Shown: one piece after another, positions 1 to 13,900 of the stretch
Layout of the letters: each line of letters begins with the position of its first letter
Numbering within the stretch: the first letter of the stretch is position 1
Origin: Takakia lepidozioides
Taxonomy: Eukaryota; Plantae; Bryophyta
NCBI GenBank assembly: GCA_030704615.1
Contig: CM060733.1
Location: forward strand, 21,080,001-21,144,000
DNA: 64,000 nucleotides
Direction: 5' to 3'
Translations under genes and position numbers: made by a program
The notes under the pieces: generated by a model
What the model was told of the DNA's origin: nothing
Seen by the model: the letters and a program-made list of their open reading frames with translations, nothing else
Databases searched by the model: none

Positions 1-3000
1 ATGCGCTTCTGCAGACTCCATGGCGAGTTGTGGGGCGTGCGTGTGCTGTCTCCACTCCGACTGAGGAGATGACCGAGGTAATGAGTCGAAGCTTGCTGAG
101 CTCACTACAGTTTGAGGTTTTGGGAATCGACTGCAAAGTTTGAGATGTTGGAAATGCGGACAGCGAAGTGTAGTGGACATTGTTGCAGTTCTTTAAGAGG
201 TTAGCTGCTTGGGTGCGTGATTTCAGGTGAAAGCTCGATCAGGGGCCGAGTTGAGGCGGAGTTTGCAGTGGTGGGATGTCATTGCGCTTGGAGTAGGGGG
301 GATGGTGGGAGCGGGCATCTTCGTGACCACGGGTGGTGCTGCGCGTAAGGATGCAGGACCTGCGGTTATCGTGTCGTATATGGTCGCTGGTCTTTCAGCA
401 CTTCTGTCTGCGTTCTGCTACACAGAGTTTGCCGTGGAGATGCCTGTTGCGGGGGGTGCTTTCAGTTACCTTAGAATAACTTTCGGTAAGTCTCGGAAGG
501 CTATAGGAGTGATTGTCCCTCAGTCTACCCACTATCAGGATGTTTGGTCAGAAGCTTGTAATTGTTGACTTATGAAGCTGCTTGTTGAAGCCTTAATTGC
601 GGGAAGGATGCGCAGTCGAGGCCTCCTGCACTGTTGAGAGCAAGTCGTCCAGCTGTAAATAGAATCCTGGACTGAGGGAGCTCACCTCTTCAGTTTGCTT
701 GCAGGGGAATTCCCAGCCTATATCACAGGCGCTAATTTGATTATGGAGTATGTTCTGTCAAATGCTGCGGTGGCCCGTAGCTTTACTTCGTATGCAGCCA
801 GTTCGTTTGGTGTTACACATGACGATGCTTGGCGGGTGGAGTTGAGAGGCTTCCCGCCCGGTTACAGTCAACTGGACTTCCCAGCTGTTGCCGTCATTGT
901 CGCGCTAACGGTCTGCCTGTGCTTCAGGTACTTTCGTTTGCCTCTGTCGCTTTGAGCACTTTGCTTCGCATTAGTGGTGATCAACGCATTGACCAGTATG
1001 AACCCGTATTGGCTCAGCTAGCACCGAATTCCTGTCGAAAGTGTCTTGGGGGTAGATGTGCTTTTTAGTGAGTGCCTGCATGGTCAGTGAAGAACTAGCT
1101 GGATTTCAGAACTGTCAGGGTGAAGAGACTCGCCGATGCAGACATCCCTCTCAACTGTCTATTCGTTCCCTCTCTGAAAATCAGTCCCTGCTGGTTTGGA
1201 AACTTCACAGATTTCTACGTAAGATGAGGCTGAACGTACATGTGGCATTCTGACCTCTAAATCCTGGTGGTTGATGTGAACAGCACGAAGAAGAGCTCCA
1301 TCTTCAACTTGGTGATGACCCTCCTCCACGTTGTCTTCATACTCTTCATTATAATTGTCGGATTTTCCAAAGGAGAATCTAGAAATCTCTTCCACGCTGG
1401 GAATCCATCTTCAAATCCGAGCGGATTTGCACCTTTCGGTTTGCAGGGTGTGTTCAATGGTGCCGCGATTGTCTACTTTAGCTACATCGGCTACGATGCA
1501 GTCTCAACGACAGCTGAAGAGGTCGAGAATCCCGCGAAGAATATGCCCATAGGTGTTTCAGGATCTGTGATTGTTGTTACAATCCTCTACTGCCTCGTTG
1601 CGGCTGCTCTTTGCATGCTCCTGCCTTACGACATGGTGAGTGTCCTGCTCAATTTTGATCGTTCCAACTGTATAGTAATATGGCCTCAACATTTTCGTTC
1701 TTGTTCTACGCTCTAAGAATTGCTGTGACAGTATGGTCTAAGACTCAAAGCCAGTATTTTAACAAGGCAGTGTAACCTCACTCTCTTAAAATCTGCGAAG
1801 TTGCACGGGCTATTATGGCGCTGTCGCTGAGATCTATTTTTTACTCTCAATACTTGTGTGCTGAGCAGCTACAGTTGTGAGTGCCGCAACTGACAAGGTC
1901 TGATGTGCGTGACAGATTGATTCGCAAGCACCTTTCTCAACCGCGTTCCAGCAGCTGGGTGGTTGGGAGTGGGCATCCAATGTTATTGGTGCGGGTGCCA
2001 GCCTTGGTATTGTCACGTCGCTTTTGGTTGCCATGCTCGGCCAGGCTCGTTACATGTGTGTGTTAGGCCGGGCTCACGTGGTGCCTTACTGGTTTGCTAC
2101 TGTCAATTCCTCAACTGGCACGCCTGTGAATGCCACAGTTTTCCTCGGTGAGTCTGAGTTGCAAAACTGTGTGGATTTGCTGTCCTGATTGTAAACTTTC
2201 ACAGCACCCTGCCAAGACATACGACCATCATGTATGAGGCACTTTATCCAATTGTTCCGTCACATGTGAGAGCTTAATCTCTCATGTTGAAGAGTTTGAG
2301 TTCAAATTGGAAGGGAATCTTACAAATGGATGTCATGGTGGGTGCAGGTGTATGCACAGCTATGATAGCATTCTTCACAGAGCTGGATGTTCTCCTTAAT
2401 CTGATCTCAATCGGCACTTTGTTCGTGTTCTACATGGTGGCCAATGCTCTCATATTCCGTCGCCATGTTGTGGTCGGAAAGACGAACTCCTTGCCAACTC
2501 TCGCCTACCTAATCCTTCTTTCAGCCTCTGCAGCGGGCTTTGCTATTCTCTGGCACCGTTATTATGGCTGGGGTCTCTGCCTGTGCGGAGCACTCGCCAT
2601 TATACTTACTTTCGTTTTCTGGTTCCGCGTACCAACTGTCCGAAAGTCAAAGGATTGGAGTGTGCCGTTCATGCCATGGATAGCGGCTGCTTCGATCTTC
2701 CTGAACGTTTTCTTGCTCGGATCTGTGGATAGGGAGTCCTACATTCGGTTCGCAGTTTGGACAGCTGTGGCAATCGTATTCTACCTCCTCTTTGGTGTGC
2801 ACTCTACCCATGATGCGAATGTCCGTCGCGAAGGTGAATACATGGAAGGGAGTGTTGAGTTACATGTTCAGAGACTCGTTGTAGTTCAACCCATGATGAC
2901 GGAGATTTTGGATAAGGTGGCATCCACCATGGTAGATATACCAGCTAGCGGGTTGGGAGACGCGAAGGAGTTGTCTGCAGTGACCGACTCTACAGCAGCG

Positions 3001-3120
3001 ATGGCGAAATCTGACGATGAAGCACGCTGGATACAAGTTAAACCTGCACCATCAGAACGTGGCGATGTCGCCTTGGACGTACACCCACAGCAAGTGTTTC
3101 GGCTCTCTAGCAATCTTTAG
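1..3120 (+). CDS. Cationic amino acid transporter (APC superfamily, CAT6/7-like), 5' end outside window. Exons approx <1-77, 228-484, 704-927, 1286-1635, 1916-2147, 2348-3120
   Basis: Motifs GVGGMVGAGIFVTTG, FCYTEFAVEMPVAGGAFSY, FSYIGYDAVST, SIGTLFVF and WSVPFMPWI. GT-AG junctions link the ORF pieces, and the stop is at 3118-3120. Confidence 0.93.
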
Positions 3121-6100
3121 AACAAGCACTGCAGCAAGTTAGACTTATACAAATGTCAGCGCACTTCAAAAAGAAGGTGCGATCTAACTAGGACTGGGAA
3201 CAGTTTAGAGTGGGCATTTTGACCCGCTGCCACCGCCTCTCGAAATGTACTGGCTGTGTGGCCGAGTGTAAATTAACATTGTAATCTACTATTTACGCAT
3301 GAACCCCTAAGTGGGTCAATGCAGTCAAAAGATCGAAACGAGACTTGCAAACACTTGGAATGAATGTGTATGATAACCGCAGTGATTGTGAACGGCGATG
3401 CATACTGATACTGCAGTTACAGTTCCTGATGATTCATGAAGCACTCAGGGCAGATTGTCTGTCATCCTAGTGACATGTGCTTAGAAAGCTTGACAGTATG
3501 CCGAGTTTATATTAGTGGAGGGAGTAACCTGTATCCTATTAAGTAACACAAGTTCTGTCTGTAACAAAGGATATGAATGGCAGTGTTTATCTCAATTGTT
3601 TTGTGCGGGGTACATGCTGTGAGAGAATTGAAATATCATGAGCAGCGAGCGGCCAGTCGCTTTATCTTTCGTGCACCCATCACACTGTATGTGAAACAAC
3701 CCTGTAGCAGCCAGGACGTAGTCTGTGAAGCTGGCATATGGCAACTTCGTCACACTAAGGATACTGAAATATGATATTGGCACGTGTTGCAAGTAGCAAA
3801 CGTTTTAGTGTGCAGAGCTGTCGACACGACCAATGTCTTAGGATGGGAAAAAAGTAGAAATCTTTGTGCAGTGCTGGCTCTGGTCAGGCATGGCAGGCTG
3901 CTCGCTTCAACACTCCATCGTCCCCCACACCTCTTTCCTGCTAGTAGCTACTCCTGTAACTGAGAACTAGACCACTCTCATATAGATTGACAGGGTTTAC
4001 TAAGGTGTAGTTCATTCACCCTCATTCTGATCCTAATCAGGTAAACCCACTAATAACGTACTTTGGCCTTGAGCAGTCAGTTAGTGAATAAATTCTGGTT
4101 CCTTGGGATAGATCATAGTGGTATACCCAGTATTAAATACTAACATGCAGTAGATTGGAGGAAATCAATGAGGCGATTTGCTGCATGAGAAGGATGAGGT
4201 ACACCACACACAGCACTGGAAGTGCGCATTCCTCATACAGCGCCAAGTAAAGAGCGACGCAGAAAGATGAAGGCCAGCATTAATAGCTCCCTCTTTTCTT
4301 GTGAGGAATGAAAGAAGCGGTGGGCGGCATTAATGGCAGCCTTCCAGCTCGTGAGGAAACCGCATATTCCGCGCATCCTGCACCCCTTGCCAGCTTGCCC
4401 TCCTCTTCATCAATTCACGAAACCTTAAAATACTCGGACTGCATGCCATGTTACCCCCAACCAACTTTCCGCGACCCACTCTTAGCAAATACTTCGAACA
4501 TACTTCGAACATAATATACTTCAAATCCTTTGTACATATACTTCGAACTTCAAAGGATTTGTAAGTCCATTACATTCGTAATCTCATGAAGCTCTTCAGA
4601 TCAGGCCTGCTTCATGCACAGCCGTCTCGCAGCTACTTAGCATTGCTGCCACTGCCATCTCCGAAGTTAATACACACTATAATATCCTTTGTCAACGTAG
4701 CATGGTGCATGAGGTATTCATCCAAATATCCAACAGAATATAGGGCACGATTATACGTACTCATCCATAATGTAGCCCACTCACCTACCTCTGTAGAGTA
4801 CATTCCTATGGATCGTTTAGACCGTCTCCGTCGTTGCACTTCAACGAAAGATGGACGTCGACGAATAGGGGACGGACGGGACAAAAGAGTACTAGAATGT
4901 GCAATAAAGGTGGGCAGTTGTTTGTCAACTTCCGTCCGGCAACTTGTCGCTGCCAACAGACGAGACGACGGACAAGGCCGACAAAGGTGGCAGAGCGACA
5001 GAGAGAGAGAGAGAGAGCGAGAGACAGAGCGATGGTGGCAGGCAGCAAGCAAAGCCGCACAGGGGCCGATGCGCTGTGGGGCACGGGCCGTGCGTGACAC
5101 TGCTCACTGCTGCATCCTCCGCGGATCTGAGGCAGCGGCATGGGAGACGCTCCACTGTACTTGTCTCTTCCTGCTCCTCGCTGACCTGTGTGAGAGCTAG
5201 ATGCTGTGGGGCATGGTTCTACATAGCCTGGTTCTAGCAGCAGAATCTGGGTGGCTGGAAGATTTTTATTTGAATATATAATAAGCACTAGGATGGCCAG
5301 CAAGACATGTTTTCGGACATTATTCTGTGTGAACTTACCAGAAGTGGATCAGATTCTGTGTGCACTAAATATTGCTGAAGCATAAGGCCAGCAAATTGTG
5401 CCATTCATGTGCACAGCAGCTTCTACTATCTTCTCTCATTGTTTTGGCTAAGTTTTTCTCAAATCCAGGGCTCCCAAAAGGAAGGTGGCTTCCATGAATG
5501 TTGCCGACTAGAATCCGCTACTGCTGTTTCTACAATCCTTGATCTTATCTTTGTATATCTCAGTATTGAAGCAAAGAAAGAATGGCTCTGTTGTCTGCAG
5601 GTTACATCAAAAATCCGGACACGGGATTCGCTCCACTCAAGATTCTACGCCACTGCATAATCCGAGGCAAGTCCGAGGCCCGGATTCATGTGAATTGCAT
5701 CTGAATCGAAAAATCGTGGCGCCCCCCTACACGACCAGGCCTCGACCGTGACTGGAAGCACGTCAGGGGGCTCTTCTCCCACTCATCTTCACTTCGCCGA
5801 CTGACCTGTGCTGTGTTTCTCTTTCATCCCTGTTGTTTTTTCTTCCTTAGAACTTGACTCCCGCCTGCTTCGGCCTCGTTTGTTCTCGGGGTCCTAATGG
5901 ACGAGGCGACCCGTTTCGGGTCGCGTCAGGGTGGGCTGCAGAATTCATCCAGGATGTAACTTCGTCCGATGACATCAGATGAAAAAAAATTCTGAACGAA
6001 AGTTGTGCGCCTTGATGTTATGCACCCGCCTGTCTTTATGGCACCCTAAGATAATAAAATCCCTGCCGTCAGTGATTTTCTTAATGTGCAGGGGTACCCA

Positions 6101-7648
6101 AAATTGGGTGGTTCACGGCCCTCCAGCACCTTTGACCGAGTGACGTGGCAGGCTAAAGGGGTGAGGGGGCGATCAAAAGCCGGCGATGGGTTTAGGCACG
6201 GGGCTGCATGTCCGCCCGTGCGGACACACCCAGGCACCCGAGATAATGATGATGACGGGCCCGGCAGGTGGCGGGAGCGGCTGGGTATCTTCTCGGGCAC
6301 ATTCTCCAGCCTTCCTTGCACCTTGCTTACGGGCATTTCTCTCGATTGTCGCTGCTTTATGTTTTTGCTGCGCTTGTTTTTGCTATCGTCGCATGCAGGT
6401 GATTTGCAGGGGGGTTTCTATGTGTGCTCATTATGAGCGTAGCTCGAGCTGCACAGCCACACATTTTCCATGCAGAAAACCAGCGGGAGCTGTTCCGTTT
6501 TGCGAGATATGGCCTTGGAACTTGATCTTCCTGCATTTTGTGCATTGACGATGCTGTTAGGGTTCAATTTGGAGGCGTTTCTGCTTGTACTGTCTGCCGT
6601 CACAGATGCTAATGCGCGCTGATTTTGTGTGTTCATGTGTGCTGCATTTCTGTATCTTCATCTCGCCTGTTTTCTACATAGGCTTGCATTCATTGGGGTG
6701 AGTTGTTGGGGTGATCTGTGTGGGGGTTAGGAAATGGATGGCACCTAAACGCAAAGCCTTGGATGCAGGTGAGCCACCACCAACTGGATGTTCTGAACTT
6801 GGCAGGCAGTCAGTATGAAGCCTGTCGAGAAAATTATCAGACGAACAAGGTAGCCACAACCCCCATGTCAAGCTTCTTACAGTTTGTCAGGTCAAAATTG
6901 GAAATATTGGCACCCAGTATGAAGGAAAAGGGTCACATTCTGTGCACGGACTTGCCTAGTAAATATATTAGTAGGGACACGATTCAGAAGTTGGAAGCCA
7001 CAGGGAATCAGATAACAGAGCTCTTGAGGCTCGTGACTGATGCCACCTTGACGGATGCAGAGGTCCAGCTTTGGTTTGATTTGTAAGGTAGGTAACTGTA
7101 TTCTTCTGATGTTTTTAGATGGGGTTTTTAGGTACCCTCAACTCACCTGAAGCTTGGAGTCCAAGTCCTTGTGAAAAGAAGGTTGTCCATGTATTGTTGG
7201 CATCAGACCCAGACTTCAAGGGGAATTGTTTTGGTTACTGACCTCCGCATAATACTTGAAGTTCAACCCAAATGGTTCTTTCCTGGTGATTTTCTGTGCT
7301 CTCTTGCAATGTATGTAGCTATCAGGATTAGATGCTTGGATAGGTCAGGTTTACTACAAGGAAGAGAGGGGTAGAGATTGCTGGTATGCACATATGCTAC
7401 AGCGATAGAGGATTGAGCAAGCAGAGTAAAGATAGGAAACAGGAAGGACTGGGAGACTAGGGGATGGAAGACCGAAACTGGCAAATCAACTCATAATAAG
7501 AACAGTAATGGTACAGAGGGACATTACTGAAAGGTGACGACAGACAAGCAGAGAGACCAAGAGCCAGATTGACAAGTGGATGTGCACTTGTGGATTGTTA
7601 AAAAAGCATACAATAGTTAAGATTTGTAGTGCTGTGTTGGATTGGACA

Positions 7649-7804
7649 GACATGGAACCTCAAAGTCCCACATTGGATGATCTATTCAAGAAGACTCGAA
7701 CAAAATCGCATATTTATTATCTCCTTGTTACTGAACATGACATCGCAGAGAAGCTTTTGGCTAGGAGCCAGACACCCTTGGTGAAGCCGGCTCTCAAGGT
7801 TTAA
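7649..7804 (+). pseudogene. Orphan fragment of the ACINUS-like C-terminal RSB (RNPS1-SAP18-binding) motif exon
   Basis: PTLDDLFKKTRTKSHIYYLLVTEHDIAEKL resembles the Acinus RSB motif LDDLFRKTKATPxIYYLPL. No recognisable intact upstream SAP or RRM exons. Confidence 0.7.
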
Positions 7805-10800
7805 GTAGTGGATGTTTAGTTGGAATCTCAGAGAGCATTCCACATCAGCTCATTAGGATGTTTGCATGTAAGTTGTAGCTTCATCCTTGCATCAATCTAT
7901 GTTGTCTTCTGGATTAGAGAAATATCATCATAGGAGATGTGAATAAGATTGCCTCTTAGTTGGATCGGAAGATAGACATTCGGAAGAGAGTTAGTCTGTT
8001 GCTTGGAGTGAGCCCTTACTGGCAGGGCGGTAACCAGGGAAGCTCTGGATTCCATTTTCAGAATGTAAGACAGTCTCTTTGCCAGATGTTGACCTCACTA
8101 ACGGAGCCTGGGCTGCACCCCAAAGATCTGCCAGTTCATCAGCGTTGCTTGTAGGTGATGCTGCCATCACCCGTGACAACGCAGGGAATTTTGTTCTTCT
8201 TCGGGCTGTGTACTGAAGCTTCGAGAACGGCTGTGAAATGAGGAACAAGCTGCTGGTTTGTGTTGGTGGCAATCTCCTGCAGCCCTCGTCTCTCACTACG
8301 ACTCCACAGCGGATGTAGGTTACAGAAGGAAGCTGTGTGCCCACGCACGAATTTTCTTTTACCTCGACCTGTGGAGGAGCTGCTGCAGGAGCTTTGTCCG
8401 GAAAATGCCTCCCTTGTATTCTGCACTGACATCTCAGACGGTTGGCAGTCGGTTATTTGCAGATTCGCACGATGAAAGAAAGGGCCTGCCTTCGCGTTCG
8501 TCGGGTGCTGCGTTTCGGGTGCCCGGCAATTCCCCATGAATCGATGACGTAGCCCGATTTTTTGGGCCGGAATCCTCTGTCGGCTTAGGCATGAGTTTCC
8601 CGGAATTTGGATTCAAGTAGAAATAGGCCCAAATGGAAATCTATGCATGTAGAGTGGTTAGAATGCTTCCAAAATAAACCCCAATGTACTACAGCCGTTG
8701 CATTCCAGATTCATGACCCAAAAGTCACCTTTCTGGCATATATGTTTGCAACTAATTATATCTATGGCACTGAATCAGTCGATTATGTTGCTAACTACAT
8801 CTTCTATCTCGACATAAACTGTCATATAGATTTTCACCACAAGACAAAAACTTTTTTGTGGGCTGAATTCAACCAGTGCAGAGGCCCTAAAACACTCTTG
8901 CACTTCTCAATTCCTACAAAATGAGAAAACCTGCCTCATCATGTAGTCAGGGATCTTTCACCCTTTCGGATATAAACGCAATATAAAAACTTTTCTCTCA
9001 AACCGCTGAGGTCTTGGCCAGGTCTTTGCTTTCAAAGCCCATTTCGTGGGGGAACCCACCAGCAAAGGCCAGCCACATGGCACATGATCTCTCCAAGTAT
9101 TCTGATGCTGTTACACGGTTTTTGAACTTGGAGCTGCCATAATGTTCTTCCCTTTGCACCAATGAAGGACTACACTGTTCCTGCTGGTCGCTCCTCAACT
9201 GGACAGAGATCCAGAAAGTTATACCTGTTGAAGGGTTTCCACCCATGCCCAGGCAAGCCAGAGAAAATTGGTCACCTCAGCGAAACTCTTTCATGGCCCG
9301 GACAGGGGTTTATTTTGTGCTTCAACGCCCAGTTGCTGGGGCTGGTGTTTCCTTGGAGACCAAAAATATATGGTGGTTAGAAGTTATCCAGAGTACTCTG
9401 GTCAGGGGAGACATTATGGCATCTGAGCGTTACAGTGTTTTTCTTGCTCTTTTCTCCTTTCCCCTTTTCAAAAAATAAACTTCGTCTGTGGTGACTACTC
9501 TGTTCAGCCTCACTAACCCTAATGTACTAAAGCAATTTCACCATTTTCATGACTCAAGGCCACCTTTTTTGCCATATCTTTGCACATTCTTCCATCTATA
9601 AAGTGGACTATGTTTCAAGTACACCTATCTCCCACAAACTTTCATAGATTTTCACCATACTGATTGCAAGATCACAATTTGTTGGTGAGCTGCAACTTGG
9701 AATTCAGCTTTGTTTAAGGCCCTAAGAAATTCACAACCCCTCCTAAACGGGGAGTCTATGAAATTTTCGGCTGGTAGTTACCCTTTTCATATAAAATGTA
9801 TCAAAACAATGGTTTTCTCAACACACTGCAGGTAATGTCCAGTTGGGAAACATATGCATGAAAACCATGCATGGGAGCCCTTTCCTGATTGTGTATTGGA
9901 AGGTTGGTTCCATGAAGGGTCACCCCTTACCCGCCAGAAGCCACAGGGCGCAGAATCTCTGATTAAATTCTGATGCCCTTTCATGATTTTTGGACTTTGA
10001 GCAGCCATAACTTTCTCCCATTTGTGGCAATAAATCTCAGGCAGGTGATCTCAATGTGGGCTACAATGTTCCTGATGGCAGCTCTTCAGTTGGACAACGG
10101 ATTGAAGTTATGGCTGTTTGAAATACACACCTGAAACAGGTTGCTTCTGCATTAGCAGTCAGTAACATATACACTTGCAAGGGATGTGGTTGCATGTGTT
10201 GCCCACTCTATGACAAACTGTGTCTGAAGGGAATTGAATACTTGTGAATGGTAAAGTTGGTGAGTTGCGCTGTAAGACCTCCAAGCAGATGACTGTTCCA
10301 GAGACTCACCATTGACTTGGTTATATGTGCCTAAATGACCCTGCCATTCCTAGCGCTTCAACAATCCTCTACCTGTGTCCTGCATGTTTCATGAGACTGT
10401 TGATCACAAGTTGTGTCCAGCTTGCAAAAAAGATAGAGGTCTCCAGGTCATAATGCTTGGGACCAAGCCTCTAAAGGAATAGTTGAGCAACTACAAAGTC
10501 GTAACTCATAACTCGTAACCCTGTGTAAGAGACCTACCTGATAGCAGGCAGTAGCTGTAACAGATCACTACCAAGTACACCACAAGCTCGAATCCCATGT
10601 TTCTCCCCATAGCCACATATATAGTACAAGTAAAATGGTCTTACCCAAACACAAACCATCAGTTGGAAGACAATACACATTTTCTTGCAACTATGATCTT
10701 CCAACCCTTCAAAACAAGGTGGTATATTACATGCTCTCTGCTTCTTTCCCCCATGCTAAAAGGGAATCACTCCTCGCCCATCTATGGTCCAGCGAGGGTC

Positions 10801-10951
10801 GACATGCCAGCAGAAAAATACTTCTCCTTTCAAATTCTAATAGAAAAAATTCCCAGACAGACTTCCACTCAACCAACAACATGTACCTTTCTAATTTTAT
10901 AAGATCCTCCACAACTCTTTGACGCATCTCCCCCTCCCCCTCCCCCACGTG

Positions 10952-13900
10952 TCATTGCCAGGTCCCTTGAATATAGTCGGCCAGTCGCTGCAGCTTGTTC
11001 CCTTCCTCACTGCCTTCCCCATAGTACTTCTCCACATTGGAAACTAGTAAACAGAGATCGTGTTCCAAAGCTTCCACACTGTGGTAGTAGTCCTTTTCCA
11101 CCCTGGCCCATATTGTGTCGAGTGTGAGAGGTAGAGGTATTCTGCAAGCAGCCAGAAGTAACTGTCTTAGGGCCAAAGGGAATCAGCCATGATCTGGTCA
11201 AAAGCATTCATCTATTCCTACAGGTTTCAAAGGTCAAGCAAGTCCTGAAAACTATAGGCCTCATTTTCAACAAGGAAGCTCGAGAAACAACTTCCCACCA
11301 AGGCTAATGCAGCTAAAGCGACAATAGGAGTTCGTACAATCGAAGTTGAGAGTATTCAATAGTTTTAAGAGCCAAGATGGGAATAAAAGGTCACCTATTC
11401 AAGTAGTCTGCATCCTTCACCGCATCCCGCATTAGATCCACGCCATAATCAGCCTGTAAAGTCTCAAAATCCATTAAACATCCCAATGTAACACTGCATA
11501 TTTAAAAGGTACTCAGTCAAGGATTCACTAGGCAACCATAGAACTGAGCAAGGTTGCATGATGTCAGAGGGAGAGAAGAGGTGAAATGCATACCTCATTG
11601 TAGGATGCTTTCTCCAAAGCCTCCAACAAACCGGTCTTCACTGTCTCATCAATGTGCGGTAGCTCCCAACCTCGAATCTTGTACTCCTTGTCAAAGAGCT
11701 CCCAGGGGGAATGCTGTGTCACTTCACTTGAATCGACTTTGTACATCACATGGCACATCTCCCATGGACTATCTGGAAACTCTGTCGATTTAGGTTTGAT
11801 CAGTTTAATCCGACCTTCCCACCAATCTCCTCCCTTATCTGCACTGTTCCACCAGACTTGGCAGTGGTCCCGGGCCCTCCAGCCTTTTCTCATGGAAGCC
11901 TCGTACCGGCTACCCTCAACAATAAAATCAGGGTGGTCAGTGAGTTCTGGCAGTGTCAGCCAGAAAGTTCTGCCAAAAACACGGGAATGAGGGTCAGTAA
12001 ACTCAAGCTCCAGTCTGCAGCAGGTCTTCCGTAACTGATGCTCAATAATGTAGTCCAGCCCTTTGATGTGGCAAAATTCAACTGCCTGAATAGGCTGTCT
12101 CAGTGTCTTCCAAGGCCCCTTCTCATCCAACTTTGCCTTCTCAAGGAAGTCTTGATGTCCCTGCCCCCAACAAACTCACACATCAGGCCAAGAAAACTAA
12201 GTGCAAATTCCTGTGCTAGAGAGTATTACAATATTACAATAGCTTGTCTACAAAGCCACATGAAACACATGAATGCTTCTAAACACATTCTCCCTAGTAT
12301 CTAAAACTCTTGCCAGCAGAAAGAGACTCTAGTAAGCTCCGGCAAAAGGTTCCATTCAACGCTCACACTCTCCAAAAGGGGACTGACAATTGGTGACTTA
12401 CCCGCAAAGGGATACAAAAGTGGCCTGCTTTCAGCTTTACAACATAATGGCAAGAAAGGCAGGAAAACCATACCTGCCGCAGGTAAACAACATCATCACC
12501 AAACTGAGGGATATAACGGGTCCCTGGTTCCACCTCCGACATTAACAGCCAGGATAGGTTATCCAGGCTGCGTGACCCTGGTTTTCGGCCTCGCCGTCCC
12601 CCCCGGCTTTCCCGCAGACCCGAATGTGACACACCCACTTCACCTTCCAAAAGATGTCCTTTCTCTGTCTCGACGAAGTCTTGCCTACCTTCCCCATGTC
12701 GGATGGCTCGACTTGATGACCGTTTTCCTCTCTCTGCAATTACATCATCCAACCGCCGCTCGCACTCAGCACTGCTCTCCTTTTCTTCCTCCTTCATGGC
12801 TCCTCTCCACCTACTTGAGGACCTCAGAGCTCTCTCCACCTCACTACCACTAGGAGTCCCATCAGACGGTCTCGTGTGTCGGGGCCGCAGAGATCGCTCA
12901 CAGGTAACCCCATTTTGCCATGGTATGTGCTGAAGCTTGCTACGCTTCCTCCGACTGCTTCTCTCTGGCATCTCCCCCTCCCCAACTGAGACTGATAGTG
13001 ATGCCCCAGTACCACTAGGAAGTTCCATAGAAATGCGACCATTTGCTCTTGAACGCGTCTCGCGTCCACCTTCATACAAAACTGAATTCATGTGGCGCAC
13101 CCTCCTCTTCCTAGAGGAAAACTCCAGGCTGGTGGACTGCTGTGGCCTGTCACTGCTTGACGCCTGTCTGGCATATGACCCTAGCTCTCCTAGAGCCCTC
13201 TGCCTCTTGGGTCGCAGGTTTCGTCTACCTACCTCCACACTCTCATCCTCACTCTCCCTCTCAGACTCACTCCATTCCCGGGTGCTTGCATGTGTGTCCT
13301 CATAAAGCTCACTGTGGCTGTTTCCCCCATTGACATCATCATCCTACACAAAATCCCAACGCACAAATATTCATCAGACATCTTTACATATATGAACAGG
13401 CGACGATCAACTGACAGGCAAATCTTCTAACTTCGCACCTACCAATATCACAACCAACATCGTAGAGTAGCGGACGTCTTTGTTGCCTACTTTGCTCAAA
13501 AGAGAAAAATCAGAAATCCAGAACAAAATCAATGGTAGAAACTCAGCAATGTATGACAGGAATCGCCCTATGGCCACAACCAAGGTATGGTGCAATATCT
13601 CCATGACCAGTCGAGACAGTCATGAAGACTGTCTGCCAATGCATGGAACAAGGAACTGTAAAGGCTGGAGGTTAGTTGTGTGCAAATTATCAGAGGACAA
13701 GCAACAAAGCAACATTGAAGTAGAGACTCTCAGAGGGATGAATTGACCGAGCAAAGACAAGGAAGACTAACTTGTATACTGTCGGCCTCCTTCCCCTCCT
13801 CATCCACACTTTCGTCATCCTGTCGCTGTATATCGCTGGTATCATGCCCATCAGGATCATACGATTGGCACTCGTCTGCCATGTCAGTTTCTTGAAGGGA

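Noticed and set aside
4586-5303. Overlapping 150-200-aa ORFs on both strands
   Set aside because: No recognisable motifs, and they span a GA microsatellite and GC-rich sequence, so they are probably non-coding.
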